A stretch of DNA of 37,221 nt from a virus (lineage: Duplodnaviria > Caudoviricetes), in IMG/VR virus record IMGVR_UViG_3300044723_001306, positions 1-37,221 of that record. One strand, 5' to 3'. This document shows, in pieces, positions 9,161 to 19,576 of this stretch. Each line of letters opens with the position of its first letter. The first letter of the stretch is position 1. Below the pieces are notes generated by a model, which made no database searches, was not told the origin of the DNA, and saw nothing but the letters and a program-made list of their open reading frames with translations. The translations under genes and the position numbers were made by a program.

Positions 9161-10563
9161 TACGCTTTAATCAACCTTTGCTGTTCATTAACATTATCTA
9201 CATATTGACTATATAAAGAAGCAGCGTCATTGTGACCTAAAGGTTGACTAGTACCAGGGTCTATTAATTCGTATCCTAAAAAAAATGGAAATGAAGCAGA
9301 TGAAGAAGCTCTAGTTATAATACCGTTTTCTGTTAAGTTAGTGTCTGTCGATAATTGAGCAGTACTACCAACTATCCAGAAATTACCATCTTCAGGGCTT
9401 GATGTTCCGTCTTTCATATAACCACTAGTAATTGTACCATCTGCAGCAGCTGTGCTTGGAGCTGTTACTAATCCAAAGTTTATTTGTGTACCAGATGTTG
9501 CATAATTTGAAATAACCGTAGCAAAATGTGACCCTCTACGTAATGAAAAGTCAACTACTAATCTTCCAGATTTATCAGTATTTTTGTATGTAGTACATCT
9601 TACTATTACTAATTCTGGCTTATTTACTAATATCTGAATTCTTCTCCAACCAGAAAAATCATTACCTTTTTGACTACCAGATGAAATAAGGCCTTCACTA
9701 AATACCCATTCATGTTGTGTAGCATATTGGTTTACATCCCATATGTAACTACTTACAGTTGCTGTAGTTGCACTTGTTCCAAGAACTAATTTTATAATTC
9801 CATTATCTAATACAAGACTATCTCCAACATTCCATGAATTAGCATTTTTACCACACATGATACTGTTAGTTGTTGTTTCAGCACCTTTTGTAAGATGAGC
9901 GATTGAACCATCGTAAGGACCACCAATTATAACTGGAGATGGGTGTTCTAAATGAGTACCCATAGATATTTGACATGCTCCTTTGTAATAATCTTCAATA
10001 TCCACAATATATTGAGCATTATTATTTCTTAAACTAGCATCTTGTTTTAAATATAAAGTAGTTGTATCAGAAGAACTAGTAGAAGTTATATCTCTAGCAG
10101 TTCTGGTGTTAGATGTTGGCTCATCTGCATGAATGTATGCGTAATGATTTCCTGGAGGTACATGAAATTGTTCTACCGTAGCTGCAGAAACATTAAAATC
10201 ATTTTCTAGTAAAGAGCCAGTTAGTCTAGATTCAAACATTACATCACCTTCTCTACCAACATATTCCATTTCTACTGTATAACTAATACTTCCTAATAAA
10301 TATTTTTGAACATCTACAGATGCACTAGCTACTTTAACATATCCATTTAAACTTGAATCACCATCATATCTAAAAGGAACATGTTCATCCATTTGAGCCA
10401 TAGATTGAAGTTGGTCTCTAATATATTTAACGTGTGACAAATCATGTTCTTTACCACCAAGAACACCAGCTATGCTTAGTGTTTTACCATCAGAACCTGC
10501 ACTATGCTGTAGGGAACCTGGTGAAGTCATTGAAAGTCTACCTATATGTACTTGAAAAGCCAT
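9160..10563 (-). CDS. Minor tail protein, distal-tail (Dit) position
   Basis: 467-aa beta-rich ORF directly after the tape measure; GAGGAG RBS and TAATG overlap. Assignment is positional. Confidence 0.6.
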   Translation of the reverse strand: MAFQVHIGRLSMTSPGSLQHSAGSDGKTLSIAGVLGGKEHDLSHVKYIRDQLQSMAQMDEHVPFRYDGDSSLNGYVKVASASVDVQKYLLGSISYTVEMEYVGREGDVMFESRLTGSLLENDFNVSAATVEQFHVPPGNHYAYIHADEPTSNTRTARDITSTSSSDTTTLYLKQDASLRNNNAQYIVDIEDYYKGACQISMGTHLEHPSPVIIGGPYDGSIAHLTKGAETTTNSIMCGKNANSWNVGDSLVLDNGIIKLVLGTSATTATVSSYIWDVNQYATQHEWVFSEGLISSGSQKGNDFSGWRRIQILVNKPELVIVRCTTYKNTDKSGRLVVDFSLRRGSHFATVISNYATSGTQINFGLVTAPSTAAADGTITSGYMKDGTSSPEDGNFWIVGSTAQLSTDTNLTENGIITRASSSASFPFFLGYELIDPGTSQPLGHNDAASLYSQYVDNVNEQQRLIKA

Positions 10564-13500
10564 TAATTTCTCCTCACGCTACCGCCTGTACTACCTTCCC
10601 TATCTAATCTAGATAAAGCTTTTCTAATTTCGACTGCAGCTTTTCTAGCTTGTGATGGGTCAGCTGGTACACCAGTAACATTAACTGATAAGTTTTCTAC
10701 TACTGTATTATTACCACGTCCTCCGTGAGTTAGTGGTTTTACTAAGAAACCAGAACCCGGAACAAATCTTACTTCTTCAGGACCATACTCTCCAACAAGA
10801 GCTCTTCTCATTAAATTATCTCTTCCACCCATAGCATACTTCTTAGGAGAAATATGTGTCATATCAGGAACTCTTCCACCCATCTTAAATCCTTTAGCTC
10901 TTAATCCCATCATTCCTTGAGGGAGATTAATTCCATAACCTGAATATAAATTTTCTGCAAAACCACCAATCAATCCTCTTAGCCAATCAGAGGCACCACC
11001 ACCGCCTCCACCATTTCCAGAATCAAGATTTATATTTATATTGCTCTTAGCTTTTGGCGTACCGAATCCACTAGGGTCTAAATTGTCGTCATTAAAGAAT
11101 TCGTCTACAACAGGACCCGTTCGTAAAGCAGCTTCTCCTTCTAAGAATAAGTTTAACAATTGTTTATATGCACTATCTTGCATACCTAATAAACCAGATG
11201 CCATAAGTTCTTTGCTGAGACCTTTACTTATAGCTTCTGCATTTGCAATCGAGAAAGCTAGTTGACCATCATCAGTTCTAACTGTACCTACACCCATTGC
11301 ATTAATTAATGTATCAAAAATACCTGCATAACCATCACCAGAAAGTAAATCTTCTGGTCTTTGTAATCTTTTTTTAACTGAGCCTGAATTTATCATGTAC
11401 TCTGAAAATTTATCAATGTTAGACAAATCTGTTATTTCTCTACCACCTTTACCACCTAGGTCTTTATACAAATCCATAAGTATTGGATTACTAGTCATAC
11501 CAAGTAACCCTTGGTTCATGAGCGTACCAAAAGAAGCTCCTTCAAATGGAGTACCTCCACTTACAGCTTGTACTGCACTCATGTACATATTAGTAAAGTC
11601 AGATAATCCACCCATGTCCATCATTTCATCTAATTCTTTAGCAAATAATAATTCTGATAAATCTGATACAACATCAGATATTTGTGTCTTAAGACCACTG
11701 AAATCAAAAGTTCCATCTGCAGATAGGTTGGTAATCGTATCGATAAGTGTTCCTACTCTTTCATTTACACCACCAAAAGCATTGTCTAAAGCTTTTATTT
11801 CTTCTTGGTACTCAGGTGCTTTTTCTTTGAACTCTGCATAAGCTGCTTCTACGGCTAAAACACCAGATGCTACTGCTTCTTCTGCTTCAGCTATACTATT
11901 AGCTCCAGCTTGTATGTCTAGTTGAATTAGTTTTTGTTCATCTAATAGGCCAATATATGTGTCCCTAGCAGCCACTAATTCTGGAGAAGTTTCTAGTATT
12001 TCTTTTTCATATTCTGCTTTAGCGTCTATTGCTTCAGCATACTCTAGTAAGAATAATTCTTTTTCTGTGTCAGTTTTAAATTCGCCTTTCATGTCTCTAA
12101 GAACATCTTGTTCTGATTCAAGTTCTAATCCAGAAACAATACCTAGATTAAACATCCTTCCAAGTTCAGAAACTTTTCTTTCTTGAGCTTGTATATCTAA
12201 AGCTTCTCTTGCTGTAAATTCTTTGTTTAATCTACGTTTTCTTTCTGATAAATCAATTTCTCTTTGTAAAACACCTATTCTTTCTGAAGCGGTAATGTTT
12301 CCTGCCATTCCCTCAATTTCCAGTTTTACTAAGTTTTCTTTAGCTTTAGCCAATCTATCGGTTAATGTTGACTCTCTTCTAAGAACAGAAGCATAATCTT
12401 GTTTTGTTTTTACTAGATTTCTAGCTTGATTAGTTTGTGCTCTTTCAGCTCTAGTAACATTAGTAATAACCTGAAATGCTTCTTGCATTCTTGTAGTTGC
12501 TTTAGCATAAGACTTAGATAGTTTTTCTGCAAACATATCAAGATTTTGCATCATTTCAGTTCCAAAGGATTTTATAAGTCCTTGAGCTAAAAATTTATTT
12601 GGAGCAAACTCACTATTAGAAGCGACAATATTTGTTAAGTCACTATAGTTTATGCTAGTACCTTTATAATTTCCTTCTAAGTTTAGATTCTTTGTAATAT
12701 CTTTAGGGTTAGTAGCTCTTTTAAGTACATTGTTAAATGTGTCTTTTAATTTTAATTCACCATCTTCAATACCAACAATAACACCATCAATTAAAGGTTG
12801 ACCAATTGCTCTCCTCATTAACTGAGATGGAGAACGTATTATAAATAATTTTACTGCTCCATCAAAAGCTTTCATTAGTATGCTAGCAAATGCTTCAGAT
12901 ACTTCCTCTGACCTATCATTAAGTCCTTGAAGAATTCCTTCTACAGACCTTTCACCAAGAACGTATCCCATTTCTTCTAGTCGTTCTGCATCTGCACCTT
13001 CTGCTTCATCTGGTACAATTTCAGATACATAATCTGCACCGCCTAAACTTCTAAGATACATTTCTTGCGCAGCAGCTAATGCAGGATTATTTAAAAATTC
13101 TTCAGCCATGCCTAATCCACCAGAACCAACTCTTGAAAGTTCTGCTGCTAATACAGGTTTACCTAAATCACCCAGTAGTGATGTAGCTTGTTCAAATCTA
13201 GTTTGTTGTGCGTCTTTTTTAATAGTGTTCATTAGAACATCTAGTGCTGTCATGTCTTCAAAAGCATCTTCAGGTAAAGGAGCTGTCAAAGCTACTAATG
13301 ATTTTCTTGCTTCCTTGAACGCTTGGTCAAGTCGAGCAGCTAACTGTAATGCAGCTGATTCAGTGATTCCAAGTTCTTCTTGTAATTTTTGAGATGTTAA
13401 TTCTGATTGCTTTGAAAATCTATCGTAAGCATCTAAATATAGTGATGATATTTTTCCGTAGTTATTGCCAGCTCTTTTAACTTCTGCTTCTGTAACTAAT

Positions 13501-16500
13501 CCTGTGTCTCTAAAATCTTTAAGTCTATTTTTCATAAACTCTTTAACTTGTTTACCTATAATAGAATTTTCAGATAATGTTTTGTCAAAGTTTTCACCAA
13601 TACCACCAATTGACATTCCAATGACACCTTCAGCTGTAGACATAGCTTGTACTAAATCTAATGTAAATTTAGCAATGTCAGAATCCTCAAATTCTAAACC
13701 TTGTGCTTCAAGAGATTTTTTAACGTTATCAAATACTTTATTTAAGGCTTTTACCGGCCCCCCAGACAAACTTTCACCTGTAATGTTGTCTACTAAGTCG
13801 ACTTTATAAAACTTTGACATCCAGTTATTAAGGTCATAAAGTAATTCCATTCTTACACTTGGGTCATTTATATCGTCAATACCAAGCATATCAATCAAAT
13901 CTTTCCCTGAAACTGACTTACCTATAGAATCTTGAAGTCCTATTAATATAGATGAAGAAACTCCATCAAATATATCTGAAGGTACATTTACGTCTTTGCC
14001 TATTTCTTTTCCATTGAATAATACAGAATTTAAAACATCATCAACTGATGGTAATTTACCAGCATTTGCTGCTAGTATTTCTGGGTCAATTGCGTTTATT
14101 AATACATTACCTATAGAGCTACCAATTTCTTTAGTTACTTGGTCCCTACTTTTTTCAAACATCTTCATTTCGTATTTTATTAAAGTTTCAAGTAAAGAAC
14201 CTTCGTTACCAGTACCAGCAATGATTATGTCATTTACAAAAGACGTACCTATTTCTTGTGCAGCATCTCTTTTAGCTTTTTCTAATTGAAGTCCAATATC
14301 TTTAATTTTCTTTTCTGCCGCTTCTAAAGTTGCTTTGTCAGTTATTGAAGATAATGGTCCATCAGAGGCAGTTAGTTGCGAAAGCTTTATACTCTCTACT
14401 TGTATTTCTCTTAATTTTTCAGACACTGTTGATAGGGAAGCAGCAAACTCTTCTATACCTCTAGATTTTGCTCCCATCTTAGCGACAAAAGCAAATACTG
14501 CTTGAAATGCAACTAGCTGAAATATTACTTTACCAGCTGCAAGTGCCATTCCCTTTAAAGCATTTGTAAATCTACCCATACCAGCTCTTGCTTTGTCAGT
14601 AGCATCTAATAGTTGTAGTTCTTCAAATGATAAATCTTTAGTTGTTTCTGCTCTAGTTCTTAGCTCTGCTATGTGTTCTTCAAAAGCACCCATTCTTCCA
14701 CCAAGTGCAGCCCCTCTAAATTTACTCATTTGACGTTTTGTAAGACCTGCCGGGTCTATACCTGTCTCAGCTTGATTTCTCTTTAGTAATGCTTTAATCT
14801 GATTGTCAATAATTTGTTTATAAGTTACAGCACCTTTATTCTTCATGTCTTGTCTAAAGATAGCTAAATCATCATACATCTTTTGACGTTGATTAATTCT
14901 GGCTTGAGATTTAATTTGCATTGATTCAAGCTTTTTAATACCGGATGATATTTTTGCTTGTGCTGCTCCTAAGAAACCACCAGTCTTCTTTTGTATGTTT
15001 CTAATATTTCCATCTTCATCTCGAACAGCAACTGTTTCAGTATTTATAGGAGGTCTTATTGCTTTAACTTTATCAATAACACCGCCTGCTCTAGCACGTA
15101 ATCTATTCATTAAGCTTGGGATAGCTTCATCTCCTATAGATTTACCTGTTTTACGGTCAACAAGACCTTCACGACCTTTAAAGAATTGATTTATAGTATC
15201 TCGTATTTTTTTAACAGTTGGATGAATTGCTTTAACTGCATTGTTGTATCTATTTGGAATACTAGGGTCAAACATTCTAAATAGTTTGTCCTGTTGCATA
15301 CCAAAAGACATACCTTCTCTTAGCTGTCCAATAACTTTTCTAATTGGTGCAGTTAATTGTGTTATGCCATCTTTGAAACCGTCAATCCAAAGTTTTGCAA
15401 AGTCTCTAAAACCTCTAAATATAAAACCAAATTGATTTTTAAAGAATGTACCTATTTCTTTTATTCCGTCTTTAAAACCGTCAATCCAAAGTCTTGCGAA
15501 GTCTCTAAGTCCTCTAAATATAAAACCAAATTGATTTTTAAAGAATGTAGCTATTTCTTTTATTCCATCTTTGAATCCATTAATCCATAACATTGCAAAT
15601 TCACGCAATCCTCTGAATATAAACTTAAATTGATTACCAAAATTTTTAGCTGCACCTGTAGCTTTTTGTATACCCTCAGTAACTCTTGACATAATGTCTC
15701 TAATTTGTGGTTCATATACTGACTTAATTTCATTTGCCATAGTTTTAAATGGATTGCTAGGGCTTTCTATTTTCTTTAAAGCTTTTATTGCTAATTCACG
15801 AGGAGCTGTTCTCATTTGAGCTCTAAGTAAAGAACCTCTAGCTTGTGCTTGCCCCATTGCAGTTGGCATATAAGTCTTTACACCACCAAGAGCAGTTTCT
15901 CTACTAAATCTTTGAAAATAGTCTTGAGAAAATGCTGCATCTTTGTATCTTTTCTCCACACCACGCGTAATGGTATTATCTGACATAATACCTGATTTCT
16001 GATTTTCGAATTCAGCTTTTTTCATTTGACCAGCTAAATATTTCTTTCTAAGCTCAGCCATTTTCATTCTACCTGCAGCACTTAATTGAACATCTTCTTG
16101 CTTATCTGTACTCATCAATAAAGAATCAGGAGTTTTTCCACCAAATATTTGTTCAACTAATTGAGGTTGTGCTAATGTATCTAATACTCTCATAGAATAA
16201 CTCTTACCAATACCAAGATTACTTAATCTCTCTTTCAGATTTAGTTGCATAAATTTACCCATTTTTGTAGTAGACGTACCTGAAGGACCTAAAGTATTAA
16301 AAGGAAGTCCAAGTCTGTTACCCATGAAACTTCTAGGAACCATTGCTCTTGCTAACATTGGGTCTATTTCTGTACCATCTTCTCCTGTACTATAAGACAA
16401 TACATTTGAAGCAGTAAATCTACCAGCACCTTTTGAACCAGTATTATATGCAGTAGCCATTGTTTTACCAGCAATAGTTGCTCTTTCAGAAAGAGTAGCG

Positions 16501-17825
16501 AACATTCTCATGTCTGTAGCTGCTGCAGTTACTGAAGCTCTAACAGATTTGAATGCTGCAACAATACCGAATATAGGAATTATTGTTCTACTGAAACTAT
16601 CTGTTAAATTTAAAGCAGTTCTAGTTGTTATGAATAATATGTTATTTAAATCTTTAACAATTTTTTTAGCGCCATCTAATTTATCTAAACCAAAATCAAT
16701 AAACTCAGCTTTGAGTATGTTTTTACCTTTAGCTAATTCAGAAAATAAAGTTTCGTATCTTCTTTCTGCTTCTTCGGTCAAAGCAATATTTTCTCTATAA
16801 GCTACGTTTGCAGTTTCTAATGCGCTGTATAGTGTCTCATTTGCTTTTGCTAAAGCTAATATAGCTTTCTGTGTTCTAACCTGTCCAAGTCCTAGTTTTT
16901 GAAGTACTGTTATATTTGTTTGACCAACACTACTTGTATCATCTAGTCCTTTTATAAAAGCAGCAACAGCTTGACTAGAATCTAGACTGTATAATTCTTC
17001 AAAAGCAGGAACTGACATTCTTGAAACGTCAGCAAATAATTTGAGACTATCTCCACCCTGAGCCATAGCTTCTGAAAGTTCTGACATTAACCTTACTATT
17101 GCAGTAGCACCAGCTTGTGATGGCTGACCTATAGCTCTTAAAGCGGTTGAAAATGCTAATGCATCAACAGCAGCATTATTCATTTCACCTTGTATCTGCG
17201 CAGTAGATGTAGCTATTTGCATAGCAGCATTTACTATTTCAGATTCTTGAGCAGCAAAGTTGTTACCTAAAGCAACAAGAGAAGAGCCTAAGTTATCTAA
17301 TTCACTTACAGTACTTCCAGTAATTTCTTGAAGTCTGGACATAGCCATAGAAGCATTTTCTGCAGATAAGTTTGTTGCTACAGTAAGTTTTTGTATTGTA
17401 TTTGTAAAAGCTACAATGTCGCTAGCAGCAACACCTAACTGACCACCAACTGAAGCTATCTCTGTAATTGCATCAGTAGTAACAGGTGATTGTTTAGTTA
17501 AGTCACGAAGTTTTTTACCTATGTTATCAAAAGATTTTTCTATTTGAGCAGACTCACCTTTTATGTCTAAGGTTTTCTTTACTCTAACAAACTGCTCTTC
17601 GAATGAAGCAGCTGCCATTGCACCTGCACCAAATGCTGCAACAATACCAGCACCTGTGGTCATAAAAATTGTTTGTGAAGCACGAGCTGCTGAAGCAACT
17701 CTACTCATTCTAGTTCTAAGTGAATTAAAAGAAGTTGCTATTTCACTGTTAGCACGTCTAAGTGAATTTTTATCGTAACCTGCTTCAATTACTGCACGTA
17801 CTTTAAATGCGTCTACTGCTGCCAT
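10563..17825 (-). CDS. Tape measure protein
   Basis: 2420 aa, helical and Ala-rich; N-terminal TP901-type core (FEEQFVRVKKT...GGQLGV...LGSSLVALGNNFAAQESEI); C-terminal MGG and VGEYGPE motifs; follows the tail chaperones. Confidence 0.95.
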   Translation of the reverse strand: MAAVDAFKVRAVIEAGYDKNSLRRANSEIATSFNSLRTRMSRVASAARASQTIFMTTGAGIVAAFGAGAMAAASFEEQFVRVKKTLDIKGESAQIEKSFDNIGKKLRDLTKQSPVTTDAITEIASVGGQLGVAASDIVAFTNTIQKLTVATNLSAENASMAMSRLQEITGSTVSELDNLGSSLVALGNNFAAQESEIVNAAMQIATSTAQIQGEMNNAAVDALAFSTALRAIGQPSQAGATAIVRLMSELSEAMAQGGDSLKLFADVSRMSVPAFEELYSLDSSQAVAAFIKGLDDTSSVGQTNITVLQKLGLGQVRTQKAILALAKANETLYSALETANVAYRENIALTEEAERRYETLFSELAKGKNILKAEFIDFGLDKLDGAKKIVKDLNNILFITTRTALNLTDSFSRTIIPIFGIVAAFKSVRASVTAAATDMRMFATLSERATIAGKTMATAYNTGSKGAGRFTASNVLSYSTGEDGTEIDPMLARAMVPRSFMGNRLGLPFNTLGPSGTSTTKMGKFMQLNLKERLSNLGIGKSYSMRVLDTLAQPQLVEQIFGGKTPDSLLMSTDKQEDVQLSAAGRMKMAELRKKYLAGQMKKAEFENQKSGIMSDNTITRGVEKRYKDAAFSQDYFQRFSRETALGGVKTYMPTAMGQAQARGSLLRAQMRTAPRELAIKALKKIESPSNPFKTMANEIKSVYEPQIRDIMSRVTEGIQKATGAAKNFGNQFKFIFRGLREFAMLWINGFKDGIKEIATFFKNQFGFIFRGLRDFARLWIDGFKDGIKEIGTFFKNQFGFIFRGFRDFAKLWIDGFKDGITQLTAPIRKVIGQLREGMSFGMQQDKLFRMFDPSIPNRYNNAVKAIHPTVKKIRDTINQFFKGREGLVDRKTGKSIGDEAIPSLMNRLRARAGGVIDKVKAIRPPINTETVAVRDEDGNIRNIQKKTGGFLGAAQAKISSGIKKLESMQIKSQARINQRQKMYDDLAIFRQDMKNKGAVTYKQIIDNQIKALLKRNQAETGIDPAGLTKRQMSKFRGAALGGRMGAFEEHIAELRTRAETTKDLSFEELQLLDATDKARAGMGRFTNALKGMALAAGKVIFQLVAFQAVFAFVAKMGAKSRGIEEFAASLSTVSEKLREIQVESIKLSQLTASDGPLSSITDKATLEAAEKKIKDIGLQLEKAKRDAAQEIGTSFVNDIIIAGTGNEGSLLETLIKYEMKMFEKSRDQVTKEIGSSIGNVLINAIDPEILAANAGKLPSVDDVLNSVLFNGKEIGKDVNVPSDIFDGVSSSILIGLQDSIGKSVSGKDLIDMLGIDDINDPSVRMELLYDLNNWMSKFYKVDLVDNITGESLSGGPVKALNKVFDNVKKSLEAQGLEFEDSDIAKFTLDLVQAMSTAEGVIGMSIGGIGENFDKTLSENSIIGKQVKEFMKNRLKDFRDTGLVTEAEVKRAGNNYGKISSLYLDAYDRFSKQSELTSQKLQEELGITESAALQLAARLDQAFKEARKSLVALTAPLPEDAFEDMTALDVLMNTIKKDAQQTRFEQATSLLGDLGKPVLAAELSRVGSGGLGMAEEFLNNPALAAAQEMYLRSLGGADYVSEIVPDEAEGADAERLEEMGYVLGERSVEGILQGLNDRSEEVSEAFASILMKAFDGAVKLFIIRSPSQLMRRAIGQPLIDGVIVGIEDGELKLKDTFNNVLKRATNPKDITKNLNLEGNYKGTSINYSDLTNIVASNSEFAPNKFLAQGLIKSFGTEMMQNLDMFAEKLSKSYAKATTRMQEAFQVITNVTRAERAQTNQARNLVKTKQDYASVLRRESTLTDRLAKAKENLVKLEIEGMAGNITASERIGVLQREIDLSERKRRLNKEFTAREALDIQAQERKVSELGRMFNLGIVSGLELESEQDVLRDMKGEFKTDTEKELFLLEYAEAIDAKAEYEKEILETSPELVAARDTYIGLLDEQKLIQLDIQAGANSIAEAEEAVASGVLAVEAAYAEFKEKAPEYQEEIKALDNAFGGVNERVGTLIDTITNLSADGTFDFSGLKTQISDVVSDLSELLFAKELDEMMDMGGLSDFTNMYMSAVQAVSGGTPFEGASFGTLMNQGLLGMTSNPILMDLYKDLGGKGGREITDLSNIDKFSEYMINSGSVKKRLQRPEDLLSGDGYAGIFDTLINAMGVGTVRTDDGQLAFSIANAEAISKGLSKELMASGLLGMQDSAYKQLLNLFLEGEAALRTGPVVDEFFNDDNLDPSGFGTPKAKSNININLDSGNGGGGGGASDWLRGLIGGFAENLYSGYGINLPQGMMGLRAKGFKMGGRVPDMTHISPKKYAMGGRDNLMRRALVGEYGPEEVRFVPGSGFLVKPLTHGGRGNNTVVENLSVNVTGVPADPSQARKAAVEIRKALSRLDREGSTGGSVRRN
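15363..15636 (-). repeat. About 2.8 tandem copies of a 99-bp (33-aa) repeat inside the tape measure gene
   Basis: NQF(G/K)FIFRG(L/F)R(D/E)FAxLWI(D/N)GFKDGI repeated three times; recognisable at DNA level (cctctaaatataaaaccaaattgattttt twice, 99 bp apart). Confidence 0.9.
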
Positions 17826-17828
17826 GTT

Positions 17829-18550
17829 TTACTCTTCTTTGGGTATATTATTAAGGTCTGCTTTATCCCCGAGCCCATCGGACTGGGCAATAAAAGCGTC
17901 TATCGATATTCTACTACGTGGTTTACCGGTTCTACCGGCTTTCCGGTCTAATTCTTTTTTGTAACTAGAAGAAGAATAAGTTCTATCTATATCGCCTCCT
18001 TCAACATTATCCATTTCTTCAGCTTCTAAGTATGCTTCATAAAATGGTGAAAGAAAAATAGATTTATCAAACGGCAATCCAGACAATAAAACCATGAATT
18101 TTCTCCATGTAATATCTAATGGGTTGTCTATTTTATACCAGCGAATGTAATCCGCTTCTACCCCGCTCCATCTCTCTACTATATCGCTAAGAGAAAAGTT
18201 TATGCTTTTGGGTCTGCTTCACCTTCGGAATCAACTTCTGCGTCTTCTTCATCAGAAATGTTATATGCTTCTAATAAGAATTGTAATAATGAATCTAGTT
18301 GAGGCCATGTTGCACCTGCGTCTAGCATTTCATCTAGATTATCTTTACCTACTAATGACTCAAGCCATACTGGTAATTGATTTGCATCCATTGCTCCGGA
18401 TTCATCCATGTATCTCATTTGTGTAAGAACTACACGAGCTGGTAATTGACCAGGTAATTCGTATTCTCCACCTGCAATTTTAAATTTAATTGGTTCGCCG
18501 TCAGCCTCAGCTACAGCTGCGTCGAAATCCTTGTATTTTTTGTCGACCAT
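17829..18550 (-). CDS. Tail assembly chaperone GT fusion made by -1 programmed frameshift (about 240 aa)
   Basis: The -1 frame is open from the slippery site through SINFSLSDIVERWSGVEADYIRWYKIDNPLDITWRKF into the 88-aa ORF 17829..18095. Confidence 0.85.
18200..18550 (-). CDS. Tail assembly chaperone (lambda gpG analogue)
   Basis: 116-aa acidic ORF between the major tail and tape measure genes; AGGAG RBS; ends ...DPKA over a slippery heptamer. Confidence 0.85.
   Translation of the reverse strand: MVDKKYKDFDAAVAEADGEPIKFKIAGGEYELPGQLPARVVLTQMRYMDESGAMDANQLPVWLESLVGKDNLDEMLDAGATWPQLDSLLQFLLEAYNISDEEDAEVDSEGEADPKA
18206..18212 (-). promoter_or_regulatory. -1 ribosomal frameshift heptamer C CCA AAA
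   Basis: Minus strand GAC CCA AAA GCA TAA fits X XXY YYZ, one codon before the stop. Confidence 0.85.
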
Positions 18551-18593
18551 ACCGACCTATCTCCTATCTGTATTCTAATACTTATATCAACTA

Positions 18594-19244
18594 TTAGTTG
18601 ACATCAAATGTTGTTGTATCGTTTGTATTATCAACGATTCTGAAAAGTTGAAACTTTCCACCAGCATTACCAACACTAAATGTTGAATCTGGAACAAGCA
18701 ATTTAAACTCAGTCGCAATGACCACTTTTTGTGGTGCCTTTGCATGTGACATTGAGAAAGCACCGACAGATACCATTCTAGGCATTTGAATGTGCCTATC
18801 TGCACCTGCAGGACCTTCTGTAATAAGTAGTCCAGCTAACTCAGCATGTGCGTTAGTATCTGGGGCTACGACTACGTCATATCCAGATGCATAGTTGCTG
18901 TCATCTTCACTAACGAAGGTGTCAGCTTGTCCCATTGCTACGGACAAGTTTTTAAGTGAAGCCTGTGATAGCTCACCCATTAATCTTGCTTCCTGAGCAG
19001 TTTTAATTGTCTTAATTGGGTCTACTTCTTCTGCTACTAATATGTCCTCGAATGTTCTATCCATTTCGAGTGTCCAACCATCTTCGGAATATCCGATATC
19101 TCTCCATTTTGCAGTATCTACTGCTTCCCAAGCTCCTGCGGAGTCACCTGGAAATGCGAGAGAAGATGTTGTTCTATCAGCTACATAAAGTACACCAGTA
19201 CCGATTAATACTTCATTAATGGCACCGCTTGTATATTTAGGCAT
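18594..19244 (-). CDS. Major tail tube protein
   Basis: IGTGVLYVA...WRDIGYSEDGWTL pattern of siphovirus tail tube proteins; AGGAG RBS; position before the chaperones. Confidence 0.9.
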   Translation of the reverse strand: MPKYTSGAINEVLIGTGVLYVADRTTSSLAFPGDSAGAWEAVDTAKWRDIGYSEDGWTLEMDRTFEDILVAEEVDPIKTIKTAQEARLMGELSQASLKNLSVAMGQADTFVSEDDSNYASGYDVVVAPDTNAHAELAGLLITEGPAGADRHIQMPRMVSVGAFSMSHAKAPQKVVIATEFKLLVPDSTFSVGNAGGKFQLFRIVDNTNDTTTFDVN

Positions 19245-19257
19245 TTAATTACTCCTG

Positions 19258-19527
19258 CTATTCTTCTTCTGTTACTATATCTTCGAAGATATCCTCTTTC
19301 AAGGAATCTACAGCGTCGTAACCCATATCCGAATCAGCTTCATTGTCTTCCACTGGTTCGTCATCAACAATAAAGATATTCATGTTATTTTCTAACAATC
19401 TTTCTCCATCTTTGACATCAACCTCAACCCATGAGCTAGTTGTAAAAGTAATACCTGTTACAGTATCACGTACTGTTTCAGCCTTTGTAAACAAAGGACT
19501 TACTTTTATTTTCATCTTTTTACTCAT
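19258..19527 (-). CDS. Hypothetical protein with acidic C-terminus (start revised to ATG 19527, 89 aa)
   Basis: The track start at 19587 overlaps the upstream gene; in-frame MSKKMKIK at 19527 lies after an AT-rich gap. Confidence 0.6.
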   Translation of the reverse strand: MSKKMKIKVSPLFTKAETVRDTVTGITFTTSSWVEVDVKDGERLLENNMNIFIVDDEPVEDNEADSDMGYDAVDSLKEDIFEDIVTEEE

Positions 19528-19576
19528 AATGTTAAATGGTATAGTACCTTCAGTTTTTTTGTGGTATTTTAAAAAA

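Noticed and set aside
15363-15636. Tandem repeat as a CRISPR array or DGR template/variable pair
   Set aside because: In-frame 99-bp coding repeats with no unique spacers, differences not confined to adenines, and no cas or reverse transcriptase gene in the window.
17829-18095. 88-aa ORF as an independent gene
   Set aside because: Better explained as the distal part of the -1 frameshift product; its frame is open 37 codons upstream to the slippery site.
18587-18805. 72-aa alternative-frame ORF at the end of the major tail gene, as a possible frameshift extension
   Set aside because: It ends only 7 nt past the tail gene stop, so a shift would add no domain; no credible RBS.
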